Positions 9,962-18,135 of a stretch of DNA of 36,794 nucleotides are shown here, in pieces. The stretch is from Planctomycetota bacterium (GTDB taxonomy: Bacteria > Planctomycetota > Planctomycetia > JALXBF01). How positions within the stretch are numbered: the first letter of the stretch is position 1; each line of letters opens with the position of its first letter. The stretch spans positions 1-36,794 of the forward strand of contig JALXBF010000170.1 of assembly GCA_026991575.1 (NCBI GenBank). The letters run 5' to 3'. The notes beneath the pieces were generated by a model that was not told the DNA's origin, made no database searches, and was given only the letters and a program-made list of their open reading frames with translations. The position numbers and the translations under genes were made by a program.

Positions 9962-10717
9962 ATGGAACCCTATGAGTACGAAGCTCTCGCGCGTGTCGAA
10001 GCGAACCATCCGTGGTTCGTTGGCCGCCGCAGGCTGCTGGAGCAACTGGCCCGTCGGCTGGCACTACGCTGGCCGCCACGTTCCGTTCTGGACGCAGGTT
10101 GCGGAACCGGCACGAACCTCGCGCAGTGGGCGAGCTGGTCGCCGCAGCGACTGGTCGCCGTCGACCTGGCACCCGCGGCGCTGCAGCACGCCAGACGCCG
10201 CGTTGCGAACGCGTGCTTTCTTGCCGGGGACCTGAGCCGCCTGCCGTTGCGTCCCGCGGCGTTCGATCTGATCATCAGCTCCGATGTCATCGAGCACATC
10301 CAGGATGACGCTGCGGTGCTGAACGAATTGGCCCGCGTGCTGGCGCCTGAGGGGCTCTTGCTGTTGACCACCCCGGCCTATAGCTGGGCGTACACCTACC
10401 ACGACGAACATCTGCATCACTGCCGTCGCTATGACGCACCGGTCCTGCAACGTTTGTTCCGCGCCGCAGGCCTGCGCATCGTGCACTGGTCGCACTACAA
10501 CGTGCTTCCCGGTGGCCCGCTGTGGCTGTACCGCCGCTGGTTCGCCGACCGCTCACGCAGCGACGTCGGCAAGCCGTTGCCGCGCGTCGCCGAAGTCGTG
10601 CTCGATCGGATCTGGCGCACCGAGCAGACGCTGGCCGGTCGCCTACAGCTGCCCTTCGGCATGACCCATGTGATCGCGGCGGTTCATCGATCCTGTGACT
10701 CGAACCCGAGCGTCTGA
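9962..10717 (+). CDS. Class I SAM-dependent methyltransferase
   Basis: VLDAGCGTG motif I, DVIEH, HDEHLHHCRRY. Confidence 0.88.
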   Translation: MEPYEYEALARVEANHPWFVGRRRLLEQLARRLALRWPPRSVLDAGCGTGTNLAQWASWSPQRLVAVDLAPAALQHARRRVANACFLAGDLSRLPLRPAAFDLIISSDVIEHIQDDAAVLNELARVLAPEGLLLLTTPAYSWAYTYHDEHLHHCRRYDAPVLQRLFRAAGLRIVHWSHYNVLPGGPLWLYRRWFADRSRSDVGKPLPRVAEVVLDRIWRTEQTLAGRLQLPFGMTHVIAAVHRSCDSNPSV

Positions 10718-11619
10718 CTGACGATGTAAATCGGCCTGCCTTTCACCTCCTCGTAAATCCGGCCCACGTACTCCCCGATGATGCCCAGCGCGACCAGTTG
10801 GAGCCCGCCGAGGAACAGGATCGCAACGGCCACCGTGGTGAAGCCAGGAACGACCCACAGTCCCAGCAAACGGACAACGAAGAGGAAAGCCGCGTAGCCG
10901 ATGCAGAGCAGGCTGATGATCGAGCCCAGGATCAAGGCCAACCGCAGTGGGGCGTAGCTGAACGAGAACAGTGCGTCACCGGCCAGCTTCAGCAGCTTAG
11001 CCAGACTCTGGCGGGGTCGGCCTTCGCGCTCAGGACGGTCGTACCACACCTCTGCCCGTTCGAATCCGGCGTAGGCTCGCAGGCCACGGAAGTACCGGTG
11101 GTACTCGCCCATGCCGCGCAGGATCTGGGCGACGGTGCGGTCCACCAGGCAGAACAGGCCGGCATCCGGGGCGTCGTCCACGGAGGAGAAGCGGCGGAAC
11201 AACCAGTGGAACAGGCCGGTTGCCAGGCGGCGGGGTAACGACTCACCGCGGCGGCGGCGGCGGGCAACGACGACCCTGGCTCCCGCCTGCCAGCGGCTCA
11301 CCAGTTCGGGGATCAGTTCGGGAGGGTCTTGGAGGTCGGCATCGCAGACGATGACTGCCTGGCCGGTGGCGTGGCACAGTCCAGCGTGGACGGCAGCCTC
11401 CTGGCCAAAGTTTCGGCTGAGCCGGATTGCCTTCAACTCGGGGAATTGCTCCCTGAGTTCGGCCAGCTTCAGGAATGTAGTGTCGTGGCTGCCGTCGTCC
11501 ACGACGATGATCTCGAACGACTTCCCAGTGCTTTTCAGCGCCGCGTGGGTCCGTTGGACGAAAGCCTCGATGAGTTCGGCTTCGTTGTAGGCGGGGGCGA
11601 CGACGGACAGCTCAGGCAT
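10684..11619 (-). CDS. GT2 polyprenol-phosphate glycosyltransferase (GtrB/ArnC-like)
   Basis: PAYNE, VDDGS, SRNFG, DADLQDPP, two C-terminal TMs, GEYVGRIYEEVKGRP. Confidence 0.92.
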   Translation of the reverse strand: MPELSVVAPAYNEAELIEAFVQRTHAALKSTGKSFEIIVVDDGSHDTTFLKLAELREQFPELKAIRLSRNFGQEAAVHAGLCHATGQAVIVCDADLQDPPELIPELVSRWQAGARVVVARRRRRGESLPRRLATGLFHWLFRRFSSVDDAPDAGLFCLVDRTVAQILRGMGEYHRYFRGLRAYAGFERAEVWYDRPEREGRPRQSLAKLLKLAGDALFSFSYAPLRLALILGSIISLLCIGYAAFLFVVRLLGLWVVPGFTTVAVAILFLGGLQLVALGIIGEYVGRIYEEVKGRPIYIVSQTLGFESQDR

Positions 11620-11782
11620 CGGCTTGTTGGGGCGTTACGTCCTGTACGGCTCGTGCGTTGCGCTCAGGCGCATGGCGAACGCTCTGTCAGTGATTATGCT
11701 TCGGGCGATAGAATAGGCAAGGTGAACCGGTCAGCCCGATCGGCTCCGGCCCGGGACCATTGCTCAGCCCATCACGGAACCA

Positions 11783-13213
11783 GTGCTCGACACGTGGCTT
11801 AAGTCAAGACAAGCCCCGGCGGCACCGCCATGCGACGGCGGCGACGAGGACGTGTCTGCCAGCAGCGCCTGGCTGGACCTGGCGGCCGAGAGCATTGCGG
11901 TCAAGGTCCGTTGGATGGGAGTGGTGTTAGGCGTTGCGCTGGTTGAGCTGCGTGCTGCTCAGGGAGCGAGCGGCGGCAACGTGGCTGCCCTGCGGCTGTT
12001 GCTGGCACTGGGGGCCCTGTACGCTCTGGTGGACACGTCGTTCAGCTTACGAGGCAGGGTGCTGCTGCAGCGTAGCCCGCTGGTGATCTCGGTGCTGGAG
12101 AGCGTCTTCATCGGGCTGCTGTGCCACTTCGACTTCGGCAGCGGCATCACCAGTCCGTTCCGCTACTACTATGTGCTATCGCTCGTTTCTTGCGCTATCC
12201 GCCACGATCGTCGCACAACGTACGCCACATGGCTGCTGCATTGCTTGAGCTACAGCACCGTGCCGTTCACCGAGCCGCTGGGGTGGGCTGCCTTTGGCTG
12301 GGAGTATGCGATCACGATGGTGTTGTTGTTCTGGGTCACGTGGGCGAGTACGGCGCTGGCCGAGTTGCTGAAGCGAGCCCGGCGGGATTTGCAAATCCTG
12401 AACGCTCGTCTGCAGAGCTCGCACGACCTGCTGGAACAGCGCATCGCGGCGCGGACGCGTGAGCTGGAGGAGATGCAGGCGACGTTGTTACACCAGGAAA
12501 AGATGGCCGCATTCGGTCTCCTGGCTGCCGGCATTGCGCACGAGGTGGGCAACCCGTTGGCCTCGATCAGTTCACTGGTGCAACTGCTACAACGCCGCGA
12601 GCAGGACAGCTATACGCGAGACAAGCTCCAGTTGATCGAGCAGCAACTGCGTCGGATCCAGACAATCCTGCGAGAATTGGTTGATTTTTCTCGGCCATCG
12701 ACGCGCCAGATCGAACGGGTGCAGCTGAATCGTGTGCTCGACGAAGCACTCAGCATTGCCAGGTACTACAAGGGCGGCAAGCAACGGAATCTTGTGGTTG
12801 AGCTGGAGCCGGATCTGCCGACGTTCACGGCGAACCGAGACCAGCTCGTGCAGTTGTTCCTGAACCTGGTTCTCAACGCGATCGATGCTACCGAGCGAGG
12901 CGGTACGGTGCGCGTGCGAGCCTTCCGGACGGAGGACGCGGTAGAGATCTGCGTTGAGGACGACGGGCCGGGTGTGCCGCAGGAGTTAGCGGCGAAGGTA
13001 TTCGAGCCGTTCTTCACGACGAAGCGGACCGGCACCGGGCTGGGGCTGTTCGTGTGCCGCAAGATTGTCGAGCAACTGGATGGCACGTTACGGTTGCACC
13101 GTTCTGAGCTTGGTGGGGCAGCCTTCTGCGTGCAATTGCCCGTTGCCCGTGAGCAGCGGGCGGTCCGGCAAGCGGATACCCGGGTCGGGGCGATAGCCGG
13201 CGCAGACTCATAG
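11783..13213 (+). CDS. Membrane-bound sensor histidine kinase
   Basis: About 5-6 N-terminal TM helices; H-box GIAHEVGNPL, N-box NLVLNAIDA, DDGPG, FEPFFTTK, GTGLGL. Confidence 0.93.
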   Translation: MLDTWLKSRQAPAAPPCDGGDEDVSASSAWLDLAAESIAVKVRWMGVVLGVALVELRAAQGASGGNVAALRLLLALGALYALVDTSFSLRGRVLLQRSPLVISVLESVFIGLLCHFDFGSGITSPFRYYYVLSLVSCAIRHDRRTTYATWLLHCLSYSTVPFTEPLGWAAFGWEYAITMVLLFWVTWASTALAELLKRARRDLQILNARLQSSHDLLEQRIAARTRELEEMQATLLHQEKMAAFGLLAAGIAHEVGNPLASISSLVQLLQRREQDSYTRDKLQLIEQQLRRIQTILRELVDFSRPSTRQIERVQLNRVLDEALSIARYYKGGKQRNLVVELEPDLPTFTANRDQLVQLFLNLVLNAIDATERGGTVRVRAFRTEDAVEICVEDDGPGVPQELAAKVFEPFFTTKRTGTGLGLFVCRKIVEQLDGTLRLHRSELGGAAFCVQLPVAREQRAVRQADTRVGAIAGADS

Positions 13214-13227
13214 CTCCAGAGAGCCAC

Positions 13228-14691
13228 ATGGCGCGTGTGAGCGGATCTGCGGGACAAGCCGAGCAAGATACCGTGAGGCGATCGCCAGGCAGCGTGCGCG
13301 GCCGAATCCTGGTCGTCGACGACGAGATCATCATTCGCGAGTCGCTGGCGGAGTTCTTGCAAAACGAGGGCTACGCGGTAGCCACCGCCTCGACGGCCGA
13401 GGAGGCACTGGCGCTGCTGCGTGAGGCCGACGGTGACATCGACGTTGCGCTCTGTGACGTGCAGCTTCCGGGCATGGACGGTCTGGAGCTGTTGCGCGCC
13501 ATCAAGCAGGAATCGCCCGACACGTTCGTGTTGATGATCACCGCGTTCGCAACGGTGGAGAACGCGGTTGCGTGTTTCAAGGCAGGGGCGCACGACTACT
13601 TGATGAAGCCGATCCTGTTCGAGGATGTGCTCCACAAGGTGCGGCACCTGACGGAGTACCGCAACCTGTGCCGGGAGAACGAACGGCTTCGCCAGCTCGC
13701 TGCGCGCATGCAGGAGGACGACATGGAGATCGTCGCGTGCAGTGAGGCGATGAAGCTGGTGCTGCGGCAAGTGCGCAAAGTTGCCCCGACGCCGTCCAAT
13801 GTGCTGATCATCGGCGAGAGCGGCACGGGCAAGGAGCTGGTGGCGCGGGCGATCCACCGCTACAGTCATGCACGCGACAAGAAGTTCGTGGCCATCAACT
13901 GTGCGGCGCTGCCGCGGGAACTGCTGGAGAGCCAGCTCTTCGGCCATCGCCGTGGTGCGTTCACCGGTGCAGACCGGAACCATGAGGGGCTGTTCCAGGC
14001 GGCGGGCGACGGTACGGTTTTTCTGGATGAGATTGCCGAACTGGACGTCGCGCTGCAGGCGAAGCTGCTGCGCGCGATTGAGCAGAAGGAGGTCTTGCCC
14101 GTAGGAGCGACGGATCCGGTCGCGGTGAACTGCCGCATCATCGCCGCCTCAAATCAGGACCTGGCCCAGGCGGTTGAGGAGGGGCGGTTCCGGCGCGACC
14201 TTTATTACCGACTCAACGTGGTCACGATCCACGTGCCGCCGCTGCGCGAGCGGCGGGAGGACATCCCGTGCCTGGTCGAACACTTCGTGGCGAAGCACTG
14301 CCGGGCGATGGGACGCAAACCGGTCACGGTCGACAACGCGACCATGCGCGTGCTGATGGCCGCGCCATGGAAAGGCAACGTACGCGAGCTGGAGAACGCG
14401 ATCCAGCGCGCGCTGGTCATGTGCGAGGGCGATCGGATTCGACCCGAAGATCTGCCGCCGTACCTGGGCGGTGGCAACACCGAGCGGTTGCCCCATGTGG
14501 CCGACGACCTGAGAACAGCGCTGAAAGCGTACGAGCGGATGCACATTCAGCGGGTGCTGGCCGATTCGAAGGACAAGCGGGAGGCGGCCCGACGGCTCGG
14601 TCTGAGCATCTCCTCGCTTTACCGCCGCTTGGACGAGCTGGGGCTGAAGGGTGAGGATGCCGCAACGGGAACGAACGGTTCTCAAGGATGA
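13228..14691 (+). CDS. NtrC-family sigma54-dependent response regulator (REC-AAA+-HTH)
   Basis: ILVVDDE receiver, GESGTGKE Walker A, GAFTGA loop, FLDEI, WKGNVRELEN, C-terminal HTH. Confidence 0.95.
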   Translation: MARVSGSAGQAEQDTVRRSPGSVRGRILVVDDEIIIRESLAEFLQNEGYAVATASTAEEALALLREADGDIDVALCDVQLPGMDGLELLRAIKQESPDTFVLMITAFATVENAVACFKAGAHDYLMKPILFEDVLHKVRHLTEYRNLCRENERLRQLAARMQEDDMEIVACSEAMKLVLRQVRKVAPTPSNVLIIGESGTGKELVARAIHRYSHARDKKFVAINCAALPRELLESQLFGHRRGAFTGADRNHEGLFQAAGDGTVFLDEIAELDVALQAKLLRAIEQKEVLPVGATDPVAVNCRIIAASNQDLAQAVEEGRFRRDLYYRLNVVTIHVPPLRERREDIPCLVEHFVAKHCRAMGRKPVTVDNATMRVLMAAPWKGNVRELENAIQRALVMCEGDRIRPEDLPPYLGGGNTERLPHVADDLRTALKAYERMHIQRVLADSKDKREAARRLGLSISSLYRRLDELGLKGEDAATGTNGSQG

Positions 14692-14726
14692 GCCGCGCCT
14701 TCGTGGCAGATTCTCACTTCTGAAGC
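14679..14726 (+). promoter_or_regulatory. Candidate tandem enhancer (UAS) sites for the sigma54 activator
   Basis: TTCTCA-AGGA-TGAG (14679) and TTCTCA-CTTC-TGAA (14711), imperfect palindromes 32 bp apart; weaker TTCTCT at 14750. Confidence 0.4.
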
Positions 14727-14768
14727 GCCTGGCGCAGCGCACTGCCCAATTCTCTTCCTGCGGCAGTT

Positions 14769-14783
14769 TGGCACGGTCCGTGC
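14769..14783 (+). promoter_or_regulatory. Candidate sigma54 (-24/-12) promoter of the respiratory cluster
   Basis: TGGCACGGTCCGTGC = TGGCACG-N4-(T/G)TGC with exact GG-N10-GC spacing. Confidence 0.55.
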
Positions 14784-15024
14784 GGGCCAGATCCTGCGGC
14801 TCGCGGTGGGCGGAACGGGTCTGCCTAGCGGGCGGCTGGCGGGGCACAGCCCGGTTGGCGGCCCGCCGGGCGTGGCAGAGCGCTTCAATTCTGCAAATCC
14901 CACCGTGCCGCCGGCAGCGTACGAAGGGTTCGCGCCAGTTGACAAACGCTGGCGATCGTGATTTACTTTTAGCTTCCCGCGACCTGTGGCTGGTCGGGAC
15001 TGCTCAGCCGTCTGGAGGTGTGCA

Positions 15025-15600
15025 ATGGCCACGGCCAATGCTGGGAAACAGGATGCCGGTGCTGCAGATCGGCCGTCGCGGCGCCGTGCACTGGCCGAGC
15101 TGTTGACCGCGCCGTTTAAGGCGATCTTCGGCTCGTGGTTCGCCGCGGGCTGGATCTCCTTCACCGTGGGCACCGTCTCGGCCGTGCTCAGTTGCGTCCG
15201 CTTCCTGTACCCAAACGCCCTGCGCGAACCACCGATGACCTTTAAGGTCGGGCCGCCGGAGGCGTTCGAAGAAGGCGTGGTTCGCACGGACTGGAAAGTG
15301 AAGTTCGGCGTCTGGATCGTGCGGTACCGCAACCGAATCTACGCGCTCCGCTCCGTCTGTACCCACCTTGGCTGCACGCCAAACTGGTTGCCCTCCGAGC
15401 TGAAGTTCAAGTGCCCCTGCCACGGCAGTGGCTTCCGCATCACGGGTATCAACTTCGAAGGCCCCGCACCCCGGCCGCTGGAACGCTACGCAGTCCGGCT
15501 GGCCGAAGACGGTCAGATTGAGGTGGACCGTAGCCGCATTCTCCGGGAAGATCTCGGACAGTGGACCGAAGAGAACGGGGCGTGGATCAGCGTGGTCTAG
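15025..15600 (+). CDS. qcrA: Rieske [2Fe-2S] subunit of Rieske/cytochrome b complex
   Basis: Twin-arginine SRRR plus TM anchor; CTHLGC and CPCHGS boxes; GPAPRPL; GGAGG RBS. Confidence 0.95.
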   Translation: MATANAGKQDAGAADRPSRRRALAELLTAPFKAIFGSWFAAGWISFTVGTVSAVLSCVRFLYPNALREPPMTFKVGPPEAFEEGVVRTDWKVKFGVWIVRYRNRIYALRSVCTHLGCTPNWLPSELKFKCPCHGSGFRITGINFEGPAPRPLERYAVRLAEDGQIEVDRSRILREDLGQWTEENGAWISVV

Positions 15601-15732
15601 GCAGTGGGCAATGCCCCAGGGCCGTGGGCCACGTCCGACGGTATAACCGACCGAACAGGCCGCTCGGCCCAGAGCCGGACGCAAACCATCGCCCGATACG
15701 ACAGCTGACGGCGCTCTCGTACGAGGATACGC

Positions 15733-16506
15733 ATGGCACTGGGAGATTACATCCGTAGCACGCAGGTGTGGAAATCGATCTTCCGACACCCGGCCCCGGT
15801 GGACCGGCGCAACCGGGTTGTCGTGGTGCTGACCAACTTCGTCCTGCACCTGCACCCGGTCAACATCCGCAAGAGCGGCTTAGATCTGTCCTATACCTGG
15901 TGCATGGGCGGGCTGACGTTCTTTCTGTTCCTGATCGAGACCATTACCGGCACGCTCTTGATGTTTTACTACCGCCCCACGGCGATGCACGCGTACCGGG
16001 ATATCCTCGACCTGCGCGACGTCGTGACGCTGGGCATCCTGCGTGAAATGCACCGCTGGGGGGCGCACTGCATGGTGCTGGCCGTATGGTTACACATGTA
16101 CCGGGTGTTCTTGACCGGGAGCTACAAGCCGCCGCGTGAGTTCAACTGGGTGGTCGGCGTCCTGCTGTTGGTGCTCACGCTGCTGCTGAGCTTCACGGGT
16201 TACCTTCTGCCCTGGGACCAGCTCGCCGTCTGGGCGATCACGGTCGGTTCGAACATGGCACGAGCCACGCCGTTACTCGGCCATGAAGGCCCGTTACATA
16301 GCGTCCTGAAGATCGGCGAAGTCGGCCTGATCCACTCCGGAAGCGACGCACGCTTCCTGCTGATCGCCGGCCGTACGATCGGCGAGATGACGTTGAACCG
16401 CTTCTACATCCTTCACTGCATTGCTATCCCGCTCGTGGTGACTAGCTTGATCATGATCCACTTTTGGCGGGTGCGCAAAGACGGCGGCATCAGCGGGCCG
16501 CTCTAA
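15733..16506 (+). CDS. qcrB: Cytochrome b6-type N-terminal cytochrome b subunit
   Basis: WCMGG (heme ci Cys position), [34 protein letters not shown]-terminal GISGPL. Confidence 0.95.
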   Translation: MALGDYIRSTQVWKSIFRHPAPVDRRNRVVVVLTNFVLHLHPVNIRKSGLDLSYTWCMGGLTFFLFLIETITGTLLMFYYRPTAMHAYRDILDLRDVVTLGILREMHRWGAHCMVLAVWLHMYRVFLTGSYKPPREFNWVVGVLLLVLTLLLSFTGYLLPWDQLAVWAITVGSNMARATPLLGHEGPLHSVLKIGEVGLIHSGSDARFLLIAGRTIGEMTLNRFYILHCIAIPLVVTSLIMIHFWRVRKDGGISGPL

Positions 16507-16589
16507 GCGGTGGTGGTTTTCTGCGGCCTGTGATGTGGTGATCGAGCTAGTTTAGCCGGGCCCGACCGGAAGGAGGCAAGAGGCGGACC

Positions 16590-18056
16590 ATGCACGGCCC
16601 CGACATGACGCTGGCAGTAAAGATCGGCCTTTCCTGGTGCTTCGCCTTCCTTGCGGCCATGAACCTGACGGCCATCGTCTTCTGGGTGTTCCGCAAGGAA
16701 GACGGCAAGCTGGAACTGCCTGAGAACTTCGGCCTGGTTGCAACCCTGTGTGGCCTGGTCTTCGGCGTCGGTCTTGTTCTGGCCCACACCAGCGTGCCGG
16801 CCCCGGTGAGCTATTCCATCGGCCTGGTCGGGCTATTGGCTTTCGGGGCCTACCTGGTAGCAGTCGGTCTGCTGCGGGCCGGCTCCGCTGCCGCCTGGAC
16901 CTGGCTTGTTTTCGCACTCGTCTACCTAGGCCTTTCGGCTGCCTATGGCTACCTGCCAGTGTCGGCGGCTCCGGTGCTGCCGGAAGCGTTCCGCGACACG
17001 GTTGATGCTGTGTCCGGCCCGGTGAGTTTCTTCTTCGGGTCGGTCATCGGACTGGCGGTGATCATTTGGTTCCGGGAGTTCATCACTCGACCGGCGGTCG
17101 GCTGGATCGCCCTGAACATCTTCCTGGCGTTCTACGCGCTCAGCATGACGGACTGGGATTTCCGTCAGATCGTCGCCAAGCCGGACAACATCCCGATCAC
17201 GATGATGCTGCTGACGGTCGGCTTCTTCACGTGGCTGGCACTGCGTCGTGCCGTGGAGAACGACCGGAGGATTGCTGAAGGAAAGCCGGTGGTTGAGAAG
17301 GAGCGAGAGGAGAAGGTTCTGGTCTGGCCCGATCTCGTCTACGTCGAGCTGATCTGCATGATCATTTTCACCGTTGGGCTCGTGCTGTGGAGCATCTACC
17401 TGAAGGCCCCCATTGAGCAGCCTGCGAACCTGACCGAAACCCCAAACCCGTCCAAGGCTCCGTGGTACTTCCTCGGGCTCCAGGAGATGCTGGTCTACTA
17501 CGATCCCTGGCTGGCCGGTGTGGTGTTCCCGGGCCTGATTATCCTGGGCCTGATGGCCATGCCCTACATTGACGTCAACGTCAAGGGAGCTGGCTACTAC
17601 ACGTTCCGCGAGCGCAGCTTCGCAATCACCACGTTCCTGTTTGGCTTCATCGTGCTCTGGGTGCTGATGGTGACGTTGGGCACGTTCCTGCGCGGTCCCG
17701 GCTGGAACTTCTACGGGCCTTATCAGTACTGGGATCCGCACCTGGTGCTGCCTCTGGTGAACGTAGACTTCTCGGACTACTTCTGGCTGTACTGGCTGGG
17801 GGTCGCCAAACCGGAACATTGGGCTTTGCGTGAGCTGCCTGGTATCATCGCCGTGCTGCTGTACTTCCTGATCCTGCCACCACTGCTGGCACGTACGGTG
17901 TTCCGGCGGCTTTACCTGCAGATGGGCTTCGCACGCTATATGGTGTTCAGCTTTCTGTTCCTGATGATGGCCGCACTGCCGCTGAAGATGTTGCTTCGCT
18001 GGACGTTCAATCTGAAGTACATCGTGCACATAGGCGAGTACTTCTTCAACATCTAG
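16590..18056 (+). CDS. Cytochrome b subunit IV (PetD-like) with large N-terminal polytopic extension
   Basis: VWPDLV, PANLTETPNPSKAPWYFLGLQE (PEWY-equivalent), PYID; position after cyt b6. Confidence 0.85.
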   Translation: MHGPDMTLAVKIGLSWCFAFLAAMNLTAIVFWVFRKEDGKLELPENFGLVATLCGLVFGVGLVLAHTSVPAPVSYSIGLVGLLAFGAYLVAVGLLRAGSAAAWTWLVFALVYLGLSAAYGYLPVSAAPVLPEAFRDTVDAVSGPVSFFFGSVIGLAVIIWFREFITRPAVGWIALNIFLAFYALSMTDWDFRQIVAKPDNIPITMMLLTVGFFTWLALRRAVENDRRIAEGKPVVEKEREEKVLVWPDLVYVELICMIIFTVGLVLWSIYLKAPIEQPANLTETPNPSKAPWYFLGLQEMLVYYDPWLAGVVFPGLIILGLMAMPYIDVNVKGAGYYTFRERSFAITTFLFGFIVLWVLMVTLGTFLRGPGWNFYGPYQYWDPHLVLPLVNVDFSDYFWLYWLGVAKPEHWALRELPGIIAVLLYFLILPPLLARTVFRRLYLQMGFARYMVFSFLFLMMAALPLKMLLRWTFNLKYIVHIGEYFFNI

Positions 18057-18135
18057 CCGCGACCAAGACCGGAGGGCGGAAGGCTGCGCAGCTACGGTGC
18101 GGCTAGCAGCGAGGCCTGATGAGACGAGGAGATCG

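Noticed and set aside
12766..13983. 405-aa minus-strand ORF (and similar ones, e.g. 16926-18209, 23945-24793, 25432-26265)
   Set aside because: Antisense shadows of well-supported genes, expected in high-GC DNA.
14873..14887. Second sigma54-like site TGGCAGAGCGCTTCA
   Set aside because: Has CA rather than GC at -12; weaker than the 14769 site, though not excluded.
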